48,654 bases of DNA from the sequence record SRR22947727_329. One strand, given 5' to 3'. Positions 44,809 through 48,654 of the stretch are shown one piece after another. Position 1 is the stretch's first letter. Every line of letters begins with the position of its first letter. A program made the position numbers and the translations under genes. Below the pieces are notes generated by a model, which saw only the letters and a list, made by a program, of their open reading frames with translations, was not told the DNA's origin and did no database searches.

Positions 44809-46359
44809 TTATGCTTTGTCTTGTCGCTCTCTATGTAAAAAAGGAAGTGCTCCAAAGCAGATTAGAAGACAGCCTGTGAGGGTTGCCTGGTTGATGTAAG
44901 ACACAACTGCTGCTTGGTGAGAAAGAGAGTGGTTGATCATATCAAGTGATGCTTGATTCCAGTTATGAGCATGTATTCCTTCGATCATTTGATTGTTCAG
45001 AGGGGCTTGAAACTTCTCAAGTCCGATACTTGTTTGATTAATGTGGCTGCGAAATCTTTCCCAGCTCCCTTGAGTAGATACGGTGTCAATGCCACCACTT
45101 AGGGCACCACCAAAAACTTTTGCTAGGTTGCCACCAAACAAGGTAATTGAGCTGGCTGTTGTTGCAAGTTCGGCTGGGATCGTGGCAAAAGCCATCAAGA
45201 ATTCATGAAAGAAAAAGCCAAAAGATATTCCAAGTAGGATTAATTGAATTGTGATGGTTTGATTGGATTGTGCAGATGATGTCTGTGCCATCCATAAGGA
45301 AGTTAGGCCGAATCCAATAACCCCTAGGCTTGACATGACTCGTCTCGACTTAACTGTTCTCGCAAGGTAGTGAGTGTTAATACCTGGAGCAAAGATATAG
45401 ATTGTGATTGTTGATGCTGCTGAAAACAGGAAAAATGGCCCTGAATAAGTAGCAATTGTGTTGTGGGTCACGCTAATCATGAATTCGGGGACAATTGCAA
45501 AGATCAGATATACCGAAAAAAGGATGACCGAAATATTGATGCTACTGATGACAAAATTAATGTCAGAGAAAACCTTTGGGTTGAGTAGGGGAGGTGAGCT
45601 GCTGAAGCGAATAAAAAATAGGATAAGACCAATAATTGAGATTGCTAATAATAAAATATACGTCTTGCTTTGGAACCATTCATGCTGATTGCCGTAGATC
45701 AAAGAAATGCTAAATGTGCCGAATCCAGCACTGCATAGTATGAATGTTATCCAGTCTAGTGATGCGTTTTCGTCACCCTGGTCTTTTGGAAGATATCGAA
45801 AAATAAGAAACCAAGATATGAATTGAATCAGCGCCAAGCTCGCGTAAATGATACGCCAACTGAAGTACCAAGATATTGCTCCTCCATAAGCAACACCAAT
45901 CGTTGCAGAAAATGCAAATGTAACGACAAAAAGTCCTTTCCCAATGTCACTTTGCTGTTTCCCAATTCCACCATTTAGAAATCCTCCTGCTAAGCCGCCA
46001 CAAACTGCTGCGCCAGCTCCTTGCACAATTCGAGAGATGATTAAAGCCAGGCTATCTGTAGCTATTGCAGCTCCGACAAGCCCGATAATAAAAACGACTG
46101 GTCCATAGGTTGCCATTGTTTTTCTGCCGAACTTTTTAGTTAAATTTCCAACGAATATCATTATCAATGACATTGGTATTAAGAATGCATTCATGTACCA
46201 AAGACTATGATGTGGCGTTCCTCCTAAATAACCTCTTGCGTAATTGTGGGCAGGAACGCCAATGGCCCCTGCGATCGCGTAACAAAACAGCATCGCCATG
46301 AATGCTCCTGTTAGTACACCTCTGTTGGTCAGGAAAAATGATGGATGGAATTTTTGCAT
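44809..46359 (-). CDS. EmrB/DHA2-like MFS transporter, paralogue B
   Basis: About 14 TM helices, GNLTKKFGRK, RIVQG, SWRIIY, LDW, GNQHEWFQS. Confidence 0.85.
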   Translation of the reverse strand: MQKFHPSFFLTNRGVLTGAFMAMLFCYAIAGAIGVPAHNYARGYLGGTPHHSLWYMNAFLIPMSLIMIFVGNLTKKFGRKTMATYGPVVFIIGLVGAAIATDSLALIISRIVQGAGAAVCGGLAGGFLNGGIGKQQSDIGKGLFVVTFAFSATIGVAYGGAISWYFSWRIIYASLALIQFISWFLIFRYLPKDQGDENASLDWITFILCSAGFGTFSISLIYGNQHEWFQSKTYILLLAISIIGLILFFIRFSSSPPLLNPKVFSDINFVISSINISVILFSVYLIFAIVPEFMISVTHNTIATYSGPFFLFSAASTITIYIFAPGINTHYLARTVKSRRVMSSLGVIGFGLTSLWMAQTSSAQSNQTITIQLILLGISFGFFFHEFLMAFATIPAELATTASSITLFGGNLAKVFGGALSGGIDTVSTQGSWERFRSHINQTSIGLEKFQAPLNNQMIEGIHAHNWNQASLDMINHSLSHQAAVVSYINQATLTGCLLICFGALPFLHRERQDKA

Positions 46360-46370
46360 TGTTTTTTGTC

Positions 46371-47930
46371 CTAACTTTTGCGAGCTTCTCTGCCTGCTTT
46401 ACCTTCACGGTGTAGAAACGGGAGTAAACCGAAGGCCAGGAGAAGGAAGCCGGTCAAGGTAGCTGTATTGATATAAGTAATAACCTCTGCCTGTTGTGAG
46501 ATCGCATGATTAATGATATGTAGTGATGCCTGTGACCATGATTCCGCTTTAATTCCTTCTTGAAGATGATTTTGTAGAGGTTCTCGAAAGCTGGTAATGG
46601 CTTCTTGGCTGGCTCCAACTTCAATCCGAAAACGTTCCCAGCTGCCTTGGCTAGATGCTGTGCTGATAGCCCCGCTGAGGCCTCCCGATAAGGATTTGGC
46701 AATATTAGTTCCGAAGAAATTGACGGCACTTGCCGTGGTTGTTAGTTCTGCTGGCATTGTTGCAAAACACATAAGGAGTTCATTCAGGATGAGACCAAAG
46801 CTGATTCCCAGAGCAACTAATTGTACCGTTAGATTTGCATTGCTTTGGAAAGCATTGGTTTGTGCCATCCACAGGGCTGTTAGTCCAAAGCCAAAAACCC
46901 CAGCGCTCGAAAAGATTTTTCTTTGTGTAATAGTGTGTCCGATTGCATAGGGATTTAGCCCAGGGGCAAATAAGAAGATTGTTGCAACACTGGCAAAGCT
47001 AAACCAGGCAAATGGTCCAGCATAACTTCCTACAGTGTTTCCAACCACTTCGATCATAAAAGTAGGAACGATGTTGAAGACAAGAAAGACGGCAAATAAA
47101 ATCAGAGTTAAATTGGCTGTGCTGATGCAGAAATTGATATCTTGAAAGACCTTGGGGTTGAGCAGTGGAGGCGCGCTAGAGAGCCGAATGAAGAAAAGTA
47201 TGATGCTTACGATCGATAACCCAAGTTGAATGCAGTAAAACGGACTTTGAAACCATTCATGTTGGTTACCCCAAGCCAAGGAAAAGCTAAATAACCCAAA
47301 ACCGCTACAGATTAGTCCAAACGTTGGCCAGTCAATTTTGACGGATGAATCACTCGGGGTATGTGGCAAATAAAGCAAGATGAGCAACCAAGCTGCTCCA
47401 AGTAGTATCCCTGAGAAGCCATAGACAACGCGCCAGCTTAAATACCACGTTGTATAGGCTGAAATTGCGATGCCTGCTGTTGCGCCAAAGGCAAAAACAA
47501 GGACAAATAATCCCTTCCCTAATTTACTGTGTTTCGGTCCGATTCCACCATTCAGCCATCCACCTCCTACAGCTGCGCAGACTGCTGCACTTAATCCTTG
47601 AACGATACGTAGGATGATAAACAGGCGACTATCTTCTGTAAGTGCAGCACCGATTAGGCTCAGACTAAAGATTGCTGGGCCAATGATGGCCAAGTTTCTA
47701 CCCCCGTAGCGTTGGCGAAGGTTGCCTACTAACGTCAGCATTAGCGCGCAGGGAATGAGGTAGGCGTTCATATACCAAATGCTTTGGTACGGAGTTCCTC
47801 CTATAAATCCTCTGACGTACTCGTGGGCTGGAACACCGATGGCGCCAATCACAATGAAGGTGAATAACACCACCATGAAAGCCACTGTGAGCACACCACG
47901 GTTGGTAAAAAGAAATTTGTTGCTTCCCAA
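46371..47930 (-). CDS. EmrB/DHA2-like MFS transporter, paralogue A
   Basis: About 14 TM helices, GNLRQRYGGR, RIVQG, SWRVVY, IDW, GNQHEWFQS; TTG start 35 bp after the clpB stop. Confidence 0.85.
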   Translation of the reverse strand: MGSNKFLFTNRGVLTVAFMVVLFTFIVIGAIGVPAHEYVRGFIGGTPYQSIWYMNAYLIPCALMLTLVGNLRQRYGGRNLAIIGPAIFSLSLIGAALTEDSRLFIILRIVQGLSAAVCAAVGGGWLNGGIGPKHSKLGKGLFVLVFAFGATAGIAISAYTTWYLSWRVVYGFSGILLGAAWLLILLYLPHTPSDSSVKIDWPTFGLICSGFGLFSFSLAWGNQHEWFQSPFYCIQLGLSIVSIILFFIRLSSAPPLLNPKVFQDINFCISTANLTLILFAVFLVFNIVPTFMIEVVGNTVGSYAGPFAWFSFASVATIFLFAPGLNPYAIGHTITQRKIFSSAGVFGFGLTALWMAQTNAFQSNANLTVQLVALGISFGLILNELLMCFATMPAELTTTASAVNFFGTNIAKSLSGGLSGAISTASSQGSWERFRIEVGASQEAITSFREPLQNHLQEGIKAESWSQASLHIINHAISQQAEVITYINTATLTGFLLLAFGLLPFLHREGKAGREARKS

Positions 47931-47965
47931 TTCTGAGGCTCGTCTGCGCCAATTAAAGCGTGCTT

Positions 47966-48654
47966 TTAGATCAGGTTTAGGCGTTCTTCTATGACTTCGA
48001 TTTGGACGCTACTGCCTTCCTCGTAGGCGCCTGCGAGGATCGCTTTCGCAATGGGTGTTTCCAGTTCCCGCTGAATCGCTCGTTTGAGGGGCCTCGCTCC
48101 ATAAACGGGGTCATAGCCGGCATTGGCTAGCCAGTCGGTGGCTTCTTCACTGATGTTGAGATCGAGCTTTCTCTCGCTCAGGCGTTGTCTTAACCGTTCT
48201 ACTTGAAGGCCAATGATTTGGCGCAATTCATCGCGACGAAGACTATGAAAAATGATAGTGTCGTCGATTCGGTTTAGGAACTCTGGACGGAAATGGCTGC
48301 GTAGAGCTTCATTGACCCGACTCTCCATCTCTTGATGTTGGTTGTCATCACCTCCTAAATCGAGGATGGATTGACTGCCGATGTTGCTGGTGAGAATTAA
48401 CACAGCATTGGTAAAATCAACAGTGCGGCCTTGGCCGTCGGTGACGCGACCATCATCGAGGATTTGGAGCATCACATTGAAGACGTCTGGATGAGCTTTT
48501 TCCACTTCATCAAACAAGATCACCGCGTATGGTCTGCGCCGTATCGCTTCTGTGAGCTGTCCTCCAGCCTCGTATCCCACATATCCGGGAGGTGCACCGA
48601 TTAATCGGCTCACCGTATGTTTCTCCATGTATTCCGACATGTCGATGCGCACCA
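47966..48654 (-). CDS. clpB: ClpB chaperone, 3' part (NBD2); 5' end outside window
   Basis: [50 protein letters not shown]. Confidence 0.93.
   Translation of the reverse strand, partial: VRIDMSEYMEKHTVSRLIGAPPGYVGYEAGGQLTEAIRRRPYAVILFDEVEKAHPDVFNVMLQILDDGRVTDGQGRTVDFTNAVLILTSNIGSQSILDLGGDDNQHQEMESRVNEALRSHFRPEFLNRIDDTIIFHSLRRDELRQIIGLQVERLRQRLSERKLDLNISEEATDWLANAGYDPVYGARPLKRAIQRELETPIAKAILAGAYEEGSSVQIEVIEERLNLI

Noticed and set aside
1-48654. CRISPR arrays, IS elements, HIP1 enrichment, Yfr-type sRNA motifs
   Set aside because: No repeat-spacer pattern or transposase ORF seen; GCGATCGC occurs only a few times; no intergenic Yfr1/Yfr2 motif recognised by eye.

Overview
A chromosomal segment from a marine picocyanobacterium, most likely marine Synechococcus (inferred from the alpha-carboxysome genes, cbbX, ARTO and gene order). 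It opens inside the alpha-carboxysome/CCM locus (csoSCA, csoS4A/B, a csoS1E-type BMC gene, ndhF4-ndhD4-cupB). An AT-rich insert of about 4.7 kb (7147-11880) then separates cupB from the acRAF-like/cbbX pair. The insert carries a small HTH gene with a perfect upstream inverted repeat, a ferredoxin, an IsiC-like alpha/beta-fold protein lacking the nucleophile Ser, a thioredoxin-reductase-family flavoprotein lacking NADPH-binding motifs (FFTR/DTR-like), flavodoxin and several small orphans. Core genes follow (ridA, ABC ATPase, gloB, hisG, ABC exporter, GNAT, glycosyltransferase pair, htrA-type protease, dnaA, ParB-like gene, gor). Next is an ARTO oxidase operon flanked by two His-rich DUF2231 membrane genes and a GMC flavoprotein whose catalytic His/Asn pair is substituted. 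Then come a Ca/Na antiporter, bicA-type SulP, pyrC, tRNA-Leu(TAA), ndhL, trpA, small accessory genes (cytochrome c6-like, Nif11-cupin fusion, a sigma-factor-led gene string), hisIE and queD. A second AT-rich insert holds two paralogous EmrB-like MFS genes and an EmrA-like adaptor behind clpB. No CRISPR array, integrase or intact transposase was seen. The best candidates for undescribed systems are the Fd/Fld/FFTR/IsiC-like insert, the DUF2231-ARTO-divergent GMC operon and the twin-MFS exporter. All family assignments come from motif recognition, not database searches.
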